Assembly (NCBI GenBank): GCA_964526695.1
Contig: CAZGJA010000042.1
Span: 21,145-85,144 of the forward strand
From: an uncultured Phycisphaeraceae bacterium
Lineage (GTDB): Bacteria; Planctomycetota; Phycisphaerae; UBA1845
Length of the DNA stretch: 64,000 nt
Direction of reading: 5' to 3'
Shown piece by piece: positions 46,042 to 55,574 of this stretch. Made by a program: the position numbers and the translations under genes. A model generated the notes under the pieces. It saw only the letters and a list, made by a program, of their open reading frames with translations, ran no database searches and was not told the origin of the DNA. The number at the start of each line of letters is the position of its first letter. Position 1 is the first letter of the stretch.

Positions 46042-46143
46042 CGTCACCCCCGCGCAGGCGGGGGTCCAGTCCGCCCCGCAAAACCGCTGGTTTCATGCCT
46101 CCTCAAAGCAACAGTCTGGATTCCCGCCTGCGCGGGAATGACG
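46042..46143. repeat. REP pair of dRS3 type (ATTCCC-N8-GGGAAT)
   Basis: CGTCACCCCCGCGCAGGCGGGGGTCCAG 46042-69 and inverted CTGGATTCCCGCCTGCGCGGGAATGACG 46116-43. Confidence 0.85.
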
Positions 46144-46263
46144 GGTGTCGCGTTTCGCCACAAACTGATAAGGGGCGCCGCGGGCGCGCCCCTGCTTGAT
46201 CGGACTTTAGCGCCGCGCGCATGGGCGCGCGATGGAATCGCGGCCGCCACGCCGCGCTCCCAA

Positions 46264-47277
46264 CTACGGATTCGGCGAGCATGACGACACGCCGAACTTC
46301 GCCGTCTTGTTCCCCGCGACATAGATCATCGGGTTACTGGCCGTTCCGCTGACGTCGATGGACTCCCAGATCAGGTTGCCAGTGGTGCAGAACGAGCCGT
46401 GGACCTCCAGTGCCGGCCCGTCGCCTTCCTGCCAGCTTGTGCTGTTGTTGCGGCTGAGTTTGAGGATGACGTCGCCGGAGGCCACGACGTGGCTGTACGG
46501 GTCGATCACGAAGTACCCGCCGCAAGGATTGTTGACACCACAATCGGCGTCCACCACTTCCCACGTGGCGTCGCCGGTCACGTCCACGCCGTTGAAGTCC
46601 ATGCGCCCCCCGGCCTCGGCGATCCAGTGTCCGCTGGAGTTCCCGTCCACGTCGAAGTCCTCGACGGCGAGCTGCCCGCCGCCGCCATCGATGTTAGCCA
46701 CGACGTAACCGTGGTTGTGCAACTTCACGCCGATCTTGCCTCCGCCGGTAATCGTCAGCGAGTCCTCGCGGGCGCTGCCCACGCCTGCGATGGTCAACTC
46801 GTCGGAGGTGCTGCTGTTGTAGCTTCGGATAGCCCCCTTCGCCGCCATCTTGATCTGCCCGCCGTCGCCGGTGATCGTGTGATTGCCGCGGATGAGGAGG
46901 ACGCCGAGGTTATGCCCCTGCTCACCCGTAAGATCGATCGTTCCGGTCAGCACGCTGCTGTGCGTCTGGCCGTCGAGACCCAGCCGCAGTTCCTCGGCAT
47001 TCTTGACGGTCAGCGTCCCGCCAAGGGTCAATGTCTTGCACAGCGCCGGGTCAGGCGGTTCCGACGTTTCGACCGTGCAGGTCTGGCCGCTCAGGATGAT
47101 CACGTCGTCGTCGGCCGTGGGAATTTGGTTGCCCGACCAGTTTGTAGTTGCATGCCAGATGCCGGAAGTTTTCTGAAAGGTTCGCTCTGCGGCAGATACC
47201 TCACTGCAATAATGCGTGGACATGCCAAGGGCCGCGATTGACGCCAAAGTTCCACGGGCGGCTTGTCTTGTTAACAT
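46264..47277 (-). CDS. Secreted beta-helix/passenger-like surface protein
   Basis: Signal peptide; WHATTNWSGNQIPTADDDVII motif; G/T/D/N-rich beta repeats. Confidence 0.75.
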   Translation of the reverse strand: MLTRQAARGTLASIAALGMSTHYCSEVSAAERTFQKTSGIWHATTNWSGNQIPTADDDVIILSGQTCTVETSEPPDPALCKTLTLGGTLTVKNAEELRLGLDGQTHSSVLTGTIDLTGEQGHNLGVLLIRGNHTITGDGGQIKMAAKGAIRSYNSSTSDELTIAGVGSAREDSLTITGGGKIGVKLHNHGYVVANIDGGGGQLAVEDFDVDGNSSGHWIAEAGGRMDFNGVDVTGDATWEVVDADCGVNNPCGGYFVIDPYSHVVASGDVILKLSRNNSTSWQEGDGPALEVHGSFCTTGNLIWESIDVSGTASNPMIYVAGNKTAKFGVSSCSPNP

Positions 47278-47363
47278 CTCATAAACTCCTATTCTCAAGT
47301 TAGAACTATGATCATAGAAACAGTTGTAACAGCGTGCCATTGCCTTCGTTCAGCACAGGCTTG

Positions 47364-48407
47364 TCATCTCCTTCGCCCCTGCAAAGTTCGGACGCGACGA
47401 AGCAGGCCTATATCGGTCTCAAACAGGTCACCAGAAGCCCACGTGATCTCACCCCGTCGGTTGATGTCTGGGACATCCTGGTCCTCATCAACCTGAACAA
47501 GCAACGTGAAAACTCCGTTGTGAAATGACCAGAGATCAAGGACGCGGCGCTTGTCGTCCCAACGAGTGAAGACGATCTGCCCTCGATCGCCAATCTCCGG
47601 CGATGAACCCCAGTGAGTTAAGTCGGTTACGACATCGTTCTCCCACGCTTGCAACCCGCCATCCATGTCGGGCGCGTTGTACGTCCAAACCACAGCGCCC
47701 CTGTTGTTGATGCTTGGGTGCTGGGGTTCAAAGGTCTCATCGGGAGAAATCCGTTGATGCACGTCGTTTTTGTAGAGCACAATCGACGACACCCACGGAT
47801 CTGCGTCGAAATCATACCGCGTAAACACGATCTGATCGCGATCATTGATGGCCGCGCCCTGGTTCCACACGCCATTGCAGTGCTCACTGTCAGTGGTCAA
47901 CTGCTGCACGCTCGCGCCGTCGTAGTAGAATACGTCGGTGCTTCCGCAGTAGTCGAACATCTCAGCGGACCAGACCACATGACCAAGCTTATTGATGCGA
48001 GGCAAGTGATCACTGTTCGCATCGTCGGTCAGCCGCGTCACCGTTCCATCCGGCGTGCGCACCATAACCTCGAGCGTGGGCCCGTACGGGCCTTCCGGCC
48101 CGACGCCGCGGCTCCACACGATGACGCCGTCGTCGTTGATGTCCGGGAACGTGTCCCGGATGTCGTCGTCGAACGTCAGTCGCGTCAGCTTACCTTTCGA
48201 GTACAGGTAAATGTCCTCGGTATGCTCCGAGAAGCCGGGGCGACGGGTGAACACCACGTCGCCCTTGTTGTTAATCCGAGGCCAGTACTCGAACTCCGGT
48301 CCGTTTGTGATACGAACGTACCGGTAGCCGGGCGGCGTCTGGCCCTCCGCGATGACGGGCCAGACCGCAATGACCGCCAACACCTTGACTGTGGAACGCA
48401 GTTGCAT
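47364..48407 (-). CDS. Secreted beta-propeller repeat protein
   Basis: Signal peptide; about 7 P.IN..G.(V/I)VW repeats. Confidence 0.8.
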   Translation of the reverse strand: MQLRSTVKVLAVIAVWPVIAEGQTPPGYRYVRITNGPEFEYWPRINNKGDVVFTRRPGFSEHTEDIYLYSKGKLTRLTFDDDIRDTFPDINDDGVIVWSRGVGPEGPYGPTLEVMVRTPDGTVTRLTDDANSDHLPRINKLGHVVWSAEMFDYCGSTDVFYYDGASVQQLTTDSEHCNGVWNQGAAINDRDQIVFTRYDFDADPWVSSIVLYKNDVHQRISPDETFEPQHPSINNRGAVVWTYNAPDMDGGLQAWENDVVTDLTHWGSSPEIGDRGQIVFTRWDDKRRVLDLWSFHNGVFTLLVQVDEDQDVPDINRRGEITWASGDLFETDIGLLRRVRTLQGRRR

Positions 48408-48535
48408 GACATCACTCTCCGATCATGGATCGCTCGTGCCTCAGCGCCGCAATGCGCGTCTGCTCCCGGTACTACGCCGGTGGCGAGGACGGGGTTCAGC
48501 CGCGCGTGCGTAACACATGCACGCCGCGACTTCGA

Positions 48536-49057
48536 TTATTCCGTGGTGATCTTCGCCCGCCCGTCCACGCCGGCGATGATCCGCCTGCCGGACGTGCCAG
48601 TGATGACCACGGAATCGCAGTTCAAGGTCTTGGAGTTGCCGTTGGACGTGATGGTCGGCTCCCCTTCGTCGTACGGGGTGCCGATGAAGAAGTCCTCGAT
48701 GGTCACCGTGGAGGAGAAGTTCTCCAAGCTGATGGGATCGAGGGTCGTGATTGACGCATCGTCGTTGGGATCGTCCGGGTAGCTTGTGATCGACGGACCG
48801 ATCCAGTTAGCGGGATTGTCCCAGAAGTTGTCGTCCGGGTCGTTTCCGCTCCAGGTGAAACTCGCAAGGAGCGTAAACCTCGCCTCGGGGCTCGCCGCGA
48901 AACCGGAATGGTCCCATGGCAGGATGACGGGGCAGAGCAGAACCGCTGCAAAGATCAGCAGCACCGCCCTTCTAAACCGCGCGACACCGCGTCTCGGGTC
49001 TCGGGTCTCGGGTCTCGGGTCTCGGGTCCACGGCGCGCGGACTTGCGTGACCCCCAT
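48536..49057 (-). CDS. Small secreted protein with in-frame heptamer repeat near the 5' end
   Basis: Hydrophobic signal segment; WDNPANW..YPDDPNDDASI motif like 46264-47277. Confidence 0.6.
   Translation of the reverse strand: MGVTQVRAPWTRDPRPETRDPRRGVARFRRAVLLIFAAVLLCPVILPWDHSGFAASPEARFTLLASFTWSGNDPDDNFWDNPANWIGPSITSYPDDPNDDASITTLDPISLENFSSTVTIEDFFIGTPYDEGEPTITSNGNSKTLNCDSVVITGTSGRRIIAGVDGRAKITTE
48991..49025. repeat. (GTCTCGG)5 simple sequence repeat
   Basis: Five perfect 7-nt units. Confidence 0.95.
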
Positions 49058-49335
49058 TTTCGTACAGGGCTTGCGATGTCATCGCAGCCTCCTTGCGAAA
49101 AACGACATCGTCCGGTTGCTGGGCACCTCACAAAAGGGTCCAGACGGACGTTTTTCCTCGGATTCTGCCGTCGAGTCCAAGCTGTCTCGGACTGACACAC
49201 CTCAATATAGCGGACCGCAGAAGGCACGTCAAGCGGAATTCCAGGAGCGTTTCCGTCGGACGCAGGCCTGAGCCGGCGAGGGACGAGGGCTCTTTCCGCA
49301 GGCGGTGGCAAGACTTGGAACTGGGCATCAGCGTG

Positions 49336-49513
49336 CGTCACCCCCGCGCAGGCGGGGGTCGAGAGCGGGCCGTCAATCCTCTGGATTCCCGCCTGCGCGG
49401 GAATGACGGGAGCAGGGTAGTTCGTCGCTCCGCGACGCACGCTCGCCACGGAGTGGCGAACTACCCGGTTCGCCCGACTGGGAGACTGGATTCCCGCATG
49501 CGCGGGAATGACG
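49336..49513. repeat. Three dRS3-type REP copies
   Basis: 49336-63, 49381-408, 49486-513; same consensus as 46042-143. Confidence 0.85.
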
Positions 49514-49720
49514 GAGCTGGATTGTCTCCTGTGGTGTCGCCGCCATTACGTTGCGCCCTGTGGTTGGGTTTGCGTCGGACCTGGTCACCGGGCTTGCGCC
49601 GAGTGCTCTGATAGGCGGTTGGCATCCGATTCGCACCGCGTACAATCCGCGTGCTGGAATCGCGCGGGGCGACCGACGTTTTGTGGGGCGACCGCGGCGA
49701 TTGCGGCATGGGGGCACACC

Positions 49721-50125
49721 GTGGCGAATCAACCGGGCGAGGGGCTGTTCATCGATTCTGACTGGAAGGAAGAGGCCAGGCGCGAGAAAGAAAAGCTCGC
49801 CGCTGCGGAGGCGAAGGCGGCGCAGGAGGGCGCGGGCAAGCCGCGCTTCGCCGACCTGCTCAACCTCATGGTCATGCAGGTCATGGCCTCGCTGGGCGGG
49901 ATGATGGGTCCGGGCGGGCAGCCGATGCCCCCCGACCTGCAAGCGGCGCGGTACTTCATCGACCTGCTGGGACTCCTCGAAGAGAAGACGCGGGGCAACC
50001 TCGTCGAGGAGGAGAAACAGTTGCTGGAGCAGGTGCTGTACGAGCTGCGGATGGAGTGGGTGCGGATCACCGGGGCGATGCCGCCGGCCGCGGCCGCCGC
50101 GCCGACGGGCGGGAAGCCGGCGTGA
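49721..50125 (+). CDS. DUF1844-family protein
   Basis: LFIDSDWKEEA; DLQAARYFIDLLGLLEEKTRGNL..EE..L..VLYELRM; GTG start. Confidence 0.88.
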   Translation: MANQPGEGLFIDSDWKEEARREKEKLAAAEAKAAQEGAGKPRFADLLNLMVMQVMASLGGMMGPGGQPMPPDLQAARYFIDLLGLLEEKTRGNLVEEEKQLLEQVLYELRMEWVRITGAMPPAAAAAPTGGKPA

Positions 50126-50140
50126 CGGCCTGTTGAAGCG

Positions 50141-50316
50141 CTGGGTTGACCGGCTGGAAAGCCGGTCCCCCAAGGCTGGGTTGACCGGCTGGACAGCCGA
50201 GCCCCCAATGAGTTTGGCTGACCGGCTGGAAGCCGATCCCCCCAACGAGTTTGGCTGACCGGCTGGAAGCCGATCCCCCCAACGAGTTTGGCTGACCGGC
50301 TGGAAAGCCGGTCCCT
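50141..50316. repeat. Five tandem REP units GACCGGCTGGAA(A)GCCG(G/A)TCCCCCA
   Basis: About 36-nt period, palindromic core, near-identical 10-12 nt linkers. Confidence 0.88.
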
Positions 50317-50412
50317 CAGAGCAGGGGTGCGGCTTCGGGTTTGCAGAATGCTCGTGTCCATGAGCCGATTGTTTCAGGCACGACCCGACGGGGTTCTGCC
50401 ACGGGCTGCTCG

Positions 50413-51603
50413 ATGCCGCTGATCCCGATTCGCACTGAGTCCCCTATCCGCCGCACGCCGTGGGTCAACATCGCCCTCATCGGCCTGTGCATCGCCGCCT
50501 ACCTGGCGTTCAACGTGGCCGGCATTCCGGCATTCGTCGGGCTGAAACGCGACCTCGCTCTCTTCACCCTCCAGCCGCGACTGCACCAGTTCCTGACGTA
50601 CCAGTTTCTTCACGCGGACCTGATGCACCTGGCCGCGAACATGCTCTTCCTCTGGGTGTTCGGCAGCAGCGTGAACGCCAAGATGGGGCATGGTCCGTAC
50701 CTGCTGCTGTTCCTGGGGGGCGGGGTGTTCGCCGCGTGGGGGTTCGCGATGACGGACGCGCGCGGGGCGGAGCTGATCGGGGCGTCCGGCTCGATCGCGG
50801 CGGTGACGACGGCGTACCTCGTGCTGTTCCCGCTGAGCCGGGTGGTGATCCTGTCGCTGATGTTCGTGATCGGATTTTTCCGCGTTCCGGCTATGGTGTT
50901 GATTTTGCTGAAGGTTATTCTATGGGACGTGGTGGCGCTCGGCGCGGACGAGGGCGGCAACGTCGCGCACGCAGCGCACCTGGCGGGCTATGCTTACGGT
51001 TTCGCGGTCGCGCTGCTGGTGCTGTTGCTGCGCGGCGTGCAGCGGGATCATTACGACATGCTGGCGCTGTGGGATCGCGCGGCGCGGCGCTTCGCATGGC
51101 GACGCGCGATGGCCGGCGGCGCGACGACGATCGACGGCGCGTGGATCCCGGGTCGCGTGGCCACGCAGCGCAGCGCCGCGGACACGGCGCGGCTGGATCG
51201 CGCGGCCGAGTTACGCGAAGGGGTTTCGCTTCATCTGGCGGCGGGCGAAACGGATCAGGCTTGCGCGGCGCACGAGTTGTTGGTCGCGCTGGATGCGTCG
51301 CTGTGCCTCTGTGAGCGCGAGCAGATTCTGATCGGACGCGCGCACTACGAGGCCGGGCGCACTCCGCAGGCGGCGGCGGCGTTCGAGCGGTTTCTTGCGG
51401 TGTATCGCGGCTCGACGGAAGCGCCGGCGGTGGCGCTGCTGCTGGGTGTGATTTACGCGCGAGACCTGCAGCGCAACGAGCTGGCGGACGCGGTCCTGAC
51501 CTCGGTGCTGGATCGCCTGACGGATGCGGCGCGGCGCGAGCAATGCCTGCACTGGTTGCGGCACGTGCGCGCGGCGAAGGGCCGGCCGACGGCGGAAGGG
51601 TAG
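50413..51603 (+). CDS. Rhomboid intramembrane protease with C-terminal TPR-like domain
   Basis: FLHADLMHLAANM, GASG (catalytic Ser), AHAAHLAG (catalytic His). Confidence 0.92.
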   Translation: MPLIPIRTESPIRRTPWVNIALIGLCIAAYLAFNVAGIPAFVGLKRDLALFTLQPRLHQFLTYQFLHADLMHLAANMLFLWVFGSSVNAKMGHGPYLLLFLGGGVFAAWGFAMTDARGAELIGASGSIAAVTTAYLVLFPLSRVVILSLMFVIGFFRVPAMVLILLKVILWDVVALGADEGGNVAHAAHLAGYAYGFAVALLVLLLRGVQRDHYDMLALWDRAARRFAWRRAMAGGATTIDGAWIPGRVATQRSAADTARLDRAAELREGVSLHLAAGETDQACAAHELLVALDASLCLCEREQILIGRAHYEAGRTPQAAAAFERFLAVYRGSTEAPAVALLLGVIYARDLQRNELADAVLTSVLDRLTDAARREQCLHWLRHVRAAKGRPTAEG

Positions 51604-51610
51604 GGCGTTT

Positions 51611-51732
51611 GCGGCGGGCGGGACGCCCGCCCCCCCTTATGCGGCGGGCGGGACGCCCGCCCCCCGAGGACGGAACGCTGTGGCACTTGCGAAGCAGTAC
51701 TGGAGTTTGCGGCGGGCGGGATTCCCGTCGCG
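51611..51732. repeat. REP units GCGGCGGGCGGGACGCCCGCCCCCC
   Basis: Two exact copies at 51611 and 51641, a degenerate one at about 51710. Confidence 0.8.
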
Positions 51733-51809
51733 GTGATGACCATGATGCGGCGTCCGGCGCGATGTCGCGCGCGGACGGCTGTCACCGTTATTCAGAAAGG
51801 AGTCTGGAC

Positions 51810-52691
51810 ATGCAGGAAATCGCGTACGTCAACGGCGTGTTCTGCCCGATGGAGCAGGCGACGGTCTCGATCAACGACCGCGGATTCCAGTACGGCGACA
51901 GCGTCTATGAGGTCATCGCCGCTTATGGCGGGCGGCCCTTCCGCATGGCGGATCACCTGCACCGCCTGGGCACGAGCCTTGCGGCGCTGCGGATCGAGCT
52001 GGATCTCACCACGCTGAAAATCGAATCGCTGGTGCGCGAGGGGCTGACGCGCTGCGGCTTCGACGAGGCGATGGCGTACATTCAGATCACGCGCGGCGTC
52101 GCTCCGCGGACGCACATCGCGCCGCCCGGCATCAAGCCGACCGTCGTCATGACGTTTCGCCCGCTGCCGCAGGTGTCCGCGCAGGCGAAGGAGCACGGCG
52201 TGGCGCTGATGACCGCGCCGGAGATCCGGTGGGCGATGTGCTACGTCAAGGCCACGACGCTGCTGCCCAACGTGCTGACGCGGATGAACGCGCGGGCGGG
52301 CGGCTTCCACGACGCGATTTTCGTGGCTTCGGACGGCGATGTTCGCGAGGGCACGTCGTCCAACGTGGTGATGGTCAAGAGCGGGCGGCTGGTGTTCCCG
52401 TGCCGCGACGCTTCGATCCTGCACGGCGTGACGCTGCTGACGGTGACGCAGTGCGCGGAGCATCTGGGTCTGACGTGCGAGGAGCGCCCGGTGCACATCG
52501 ACGAGCTGCGCGCGGCGGACGAGATGTTCCTGACCAGCACGACGGAGGAGGTTCTTCCCGTCACCGCGTTCGACGGCCGGCCCATCGCCGACGGGCAGGT
52601 GGGAGCGATCACACGCCGCATGATGGCGACGTACTACGACCTGGCGAGGGGTCTGGGCGTGTTTCAAGATCGGCATCGCAACTCGGCCTGA
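51810..52691 (+). CDS. Class IV PLP aminotransferase (D-amino-acid aminotransferase-like)
   Basis: DRGFQYGDSVYEV, YIQITRG, VKATTLLPN, EGTSSN, ILHGVT; AAGGAG RBS. Confidence 0.93.
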   Translation: MQEIAYVNGVFCPMEQATVSINDRGFQYGDSVYEVIAAYGGRPFRMADHLHRLGTSLAALRIELDLTTLKIESLVREGLTRCGFDEAMAYIQITRGVAPRTHIAPPGIKPTVVMTFRPLPQVSAQAKEHGVALMTAPEIRWAMCYVKATTLLPNVLTRMNARAGGFHDAIFVASDGDVREGTSSNVVMVKSGRLVFPCRDASILHGVTLLTVTQCAEHLGLTCEERPVHIDELRAADEMFLTSTTEEVLPVTAFDGRPIADGQVGAITRRMMATYYDLARGLGVFQDRHRNSA

Positions 52692-52710
52692 GGCGGGGCG
52701 CGGTCCGGCG

Positions 52711-52866
52711 GAGCCGCAACCGTGAGGGAGCGAACGTCGAATCTGTCAGAGCCGCGACCGTAAGGGAGCGCGCTCTGCGTATGTTACGACCGCCCGCGTC
52801 TCTGATGGCGCGACCGCGCTGAGGACCGCTTCCTAACGAGCGCGGCTCTGAACACGCGCGGCTCTG
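52711..52866. repeat. REP units GAGCCGCGACCGTAAGGGAGCG
   Basis: Direct copies at 52711 and 52749, inverted copy 52827-50. Confidence 0.8.
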
Positions 52867-52897
52867 AACGTGGGTCGGCGCGCATGAAACTTGACGC

Positions 52898-54211
52898 ATG
52901 CCCAGGAGCAATCCGTTGAGCACACGACGATCCTTCCTGAAGCACTCCTGTGCCGCCGCCGCTTTCGGATACGTGGCGGCGTTTCGCAATGACGCCGTCG
53001 CACGGGTTCGCGCGGCCGTGGCCGACGCGGGCGCCGCGACGCCGCAGGATCTCGCGTCGAACGAGGACTTCTGGTTTCAGGTTCAGCGCGCCTACGACGT
53101 GGACCGCTCGATCACCAACCTCAACAACGGCGGCGTCGCGCCGGCCCCGAGCATGGTGCTGGCGGCGCAGGGGCGCAACGAGGCGATCACCAATCATGCG
53201 CCGTCGCGCTATCTCTGGGCCGTGCTGGACCCGCAGGTGGAAACCGTGCGGAAGCGGCTGGCCGGCCACTTCGGCTGCGACGCGGAGGAGATCGCCATCA
53301 CGCGAAACTCCAGCGAGGCGCTGCAGATCTGCCTGTTCGGGCTGGACCTCAAGCCCGGCGACGAGGTGCTCGCCACCGCCCACGACTATCCGCGGATGCT
53401 CAACACGCTCAAGCAGCGCGAGGCGCGCGAGGGGATCGTGCTCAAGACGTTCGAGTTCGACACCCCGCCGAAGTCCAAGGCGGACCTGGCCGCGCTCTTT
53501 GAGAAAAACGTCACGCCGAAGACGCGCGCGATTCTCATGTGCCACATCACCAACCTGACGGGGCAGATCTTCCCCGTGAAGGAGGTGGTGCAGATGGCGC
53601 GGCAGCGCCACATTGAGGTCATTGTCGATGGCGCCCACGCGTTCGCGCATTTCCCGTTTCACCACGGCGACCTCGACTGCGACTACTACGGAACCAGCCT
53701 GCACAAGTGGTGCTCCGCACCGATCGGCACCGGTTTCCTTTACGTTCGCAAGTCGAAGATCGCCAATCTCTGGCCGCTCATGGCCGCGCCGGATCCGAAA
53801 AAGGACGACATCCGCAAGTTCGAGGAGATCGGCACGCATCCGACGGCGCCGCGGCTGGCGATCGCGGAGGCGCTGTCGTTTTACGAAGGTATCGGCGCGG
53901 AGCGCAAGATCGCGCGGCTGACCTACTTGCGCGACCGCCATGCCGCGCGACTGACGAAGCTGCCCAAGGTGCGCTGCTACACGAACCTGGAAGCGGGCAT
54001 GGGCGGGGCGATCTGCACGCTCGGCGTGGAGGGGCTGGACGCGGGCGCGCTGACGGCCTGGCTGTGGGACAAGCACAAGATCGTGGTGACGCCCATCGTG
54101 ATCGGCGCGGTCAACGGCATCCGCATCACGCCGAACACGTACACCACGCCGGCGGAAGTGGACCGCTTCGCCGACGCTTTCGAGCACGCCGTCAACCACG
54201 GCATCGCATAG
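52898..54211 (+). CDS. Tat-exported class V PLP enzyme (isopenicillin-N epimerase-like)
   Basis: STRRSFLK twin-Arg signal; LNNGG, ITRNSSEAL, VDGAH, TSLHKW. Confidence 0.9.
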   Translation: MPRSNPLSTRRSFLKHSCAAAAFGYVAAFRNDAVARVRAAVADAGAATPQDLASNEDFWFQVQRAYDVDRSITNLNNGGVAPAPSMVLAAQGRNEAITNHAPSRYLWAVLDPQVETVRKRLAGHFGCDAEEIAITRNSSEALQICLFGLDLKPGDEVLATAHDYPRMLNTLKQREAREGIVLKTFEFDTPPKSKADLAALFEKNVTPKTRAILMCHITNLTGQIFPVKEVVQMARQRHIEVIVDGAHAFAHFPFHHGDLDCDYYGTSLHKWCSAPIGTGFLYVRKSKIANLWPLMAAPDPKKDDIRKFEEIGTHPTAPRLAIAEALSFYEGIGAERKIARLTYLRDRHAARLTKLPKVRCYTNLEAGMGGAICTLGVEGLDAGALTAWLWDKHKIVVTPIVIGAVNGIRITPNTYTTPAEVDRFADAFEHAVNHGIA

Positions 54212-54366
54212 GTGCGCACGACCGCGAGGTGGGGCAGGTCTCCGACCTGCCAAGGTCTCGCAGCTCTCCGAGCTGCGCCCACGGCCCGTCGCCTTGGATC
54301 GACCCCGCCGCGGCATTACCATCAGCCCGCCTCGAGCATCCAACATCTTGAAAGGCAGGTCATGCC

Positions 54367-55407
54367 ATGACGACGCCAGCGAACGTGGAAAAGGTCATCA
54401 TCATCGGATCCGGTCCCGCCGGCTGGACGGCCGCGATTTATGCCGCCCGGGCGAACCTCAGCCCGCTGGTCTTCGCCGGCCGGCCCAAGCAGACGCCGAC
54501 GACCATCCTTCCCGGCGGGCAGCTCATGCTCACGACGGAAGTTGAGAATTACCCGGGTTTCCCGCACGGCGTGGACGGTCCCACGCTCATGTGGCACTTC
54601 GAGCAGCAGGCCGTCCGCTTCGGCACGCGCGTCGTCGGCGACAAGGGGTTCAGCCCGGACGTCTCCGACCGCTTCAACGGGCACGATGCCGCCTACCACG
54701 ACTGCGCGAGCGTGGATTTTTCCACCCGTCCTTTCAAGGTCGTCGGCGAGGACGGAACGCAGTACCTGGCGCACAGCGTGATCGTCGCCACGGGCGCGAC
54801 GGCCAACTGGTTGAACCTGCCCAACGAGCAGCGTCTCGCGCGCAGCGGCGGCGGCGTCAGCGCCTGTGCCGTCTGCGACGGGGCTTTGCCGGCGTTTCGC
54901 AACAAGGACGTCGCGGTCATCGGCGGCGGCGACTCGGCCATCGAGGAGGCGTCGTACCTGACCAAGTTCGCGTCCAAGGTGTACCTCATCCACCGCCGCG
55001 ATCAGCTTCGCGCCAGCAAGATCATGCAGCAGCGGGCGCTCTCCAACCCCAAGATCGCTCCGCAGTGGAACAAAAGCGTCGCCGACGTGCTGGGCGATCA
55101 GCACATCACCGCCCTGCGGTTGAAGGACACCGTGACCGGCGCGATGTCCGATCTGCCGGTGGCCGGGATGTTCTGCGCCATCGGTCACACGCCGGCCACA
55201 GCCTTCCTCAACGGGCAACTCGAACTGGACGCCAAGGCCTACATCAAGCTCAAAGACCCTTACCGCTCCACGACCAGCGTGGACGGCGTGTTTGCCGCGG
55301 GCGACTGCGTGGACAGCGTCTATCGACAGGCCATCACCGCCGCGGGGATGGGTTGCAAGGCGGCGATCGACTCCGAGCGGTGGCTCGCCGACAAGGGCGT
55401 GCACTGA
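54367..55407 (+). CDS. trxB: Thioredoxin reductase
   Basis: IIGSGPAG, GGQL..TTEVENYPG, CAVC, GGGDSA.EE, FAAGD..D..YRQA.TAAG. Confidence 0.96.
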   Translation: MTTPANVEKVIIIGSGPAGWTAAIYAARANLSPLVFAGRPKQTPTTILPGGQLMLTTEVENYPGFPHGVDGPTLMWHFEQQAVRFGTRVVGDKGFSPDVSDRFNGHDAAYHDCASVDFSTRPFKVVGEDGTQYLAHSVIVATGATANWLNLPNEQRLARSGGGVSACAVCDGALPAFRNKDVAVIGGGDSAIEEASYLTKFASKVYLIHRRDQLRASKIMQQRALSNPKIAPQWNKSVADVLGDQHITALRLKDTVTGAMSDLPVAGMFCAIGHTPATAFLNGQLELDAKAYIKLKDPYRSTTSVDGVFAAGDCVDSVYRQAITAAGMGCKAAIDSERWLADKGVH

Positions 55408-55443
55408 GCAGACGCGGTGTGGCTTCGGTTTCCAAACAGCAAT

Positions 55444-55523
55444 TGTGGCACCGGTTTTCAACCTGTGTAGGTGTGGCACCGGTTTCCAACCGGTGGATGT
55501 AGCACAGGTTTCCAACTTGTGCA
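55444..55523. repeat. Three REP units TGT(G/A)GCAC(C/A)GGTTT(T/C)CAAC(C)
   Basis: Palindromic units between the convergent trxB and czcA; related single unit at 54229-52. Confidence 0.8.
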
Positions 55524-55574
55524 GAGCACGGCTCGAACTGATGTTCCGATTCATCAATCGCCCACAACGCGGCT

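Noticed and set aside
50141-50316. CRISPR array
   Set aside because: Linkers are 10-12 nt and nearly identical, and no cas genes are present; this is a REP cluster.
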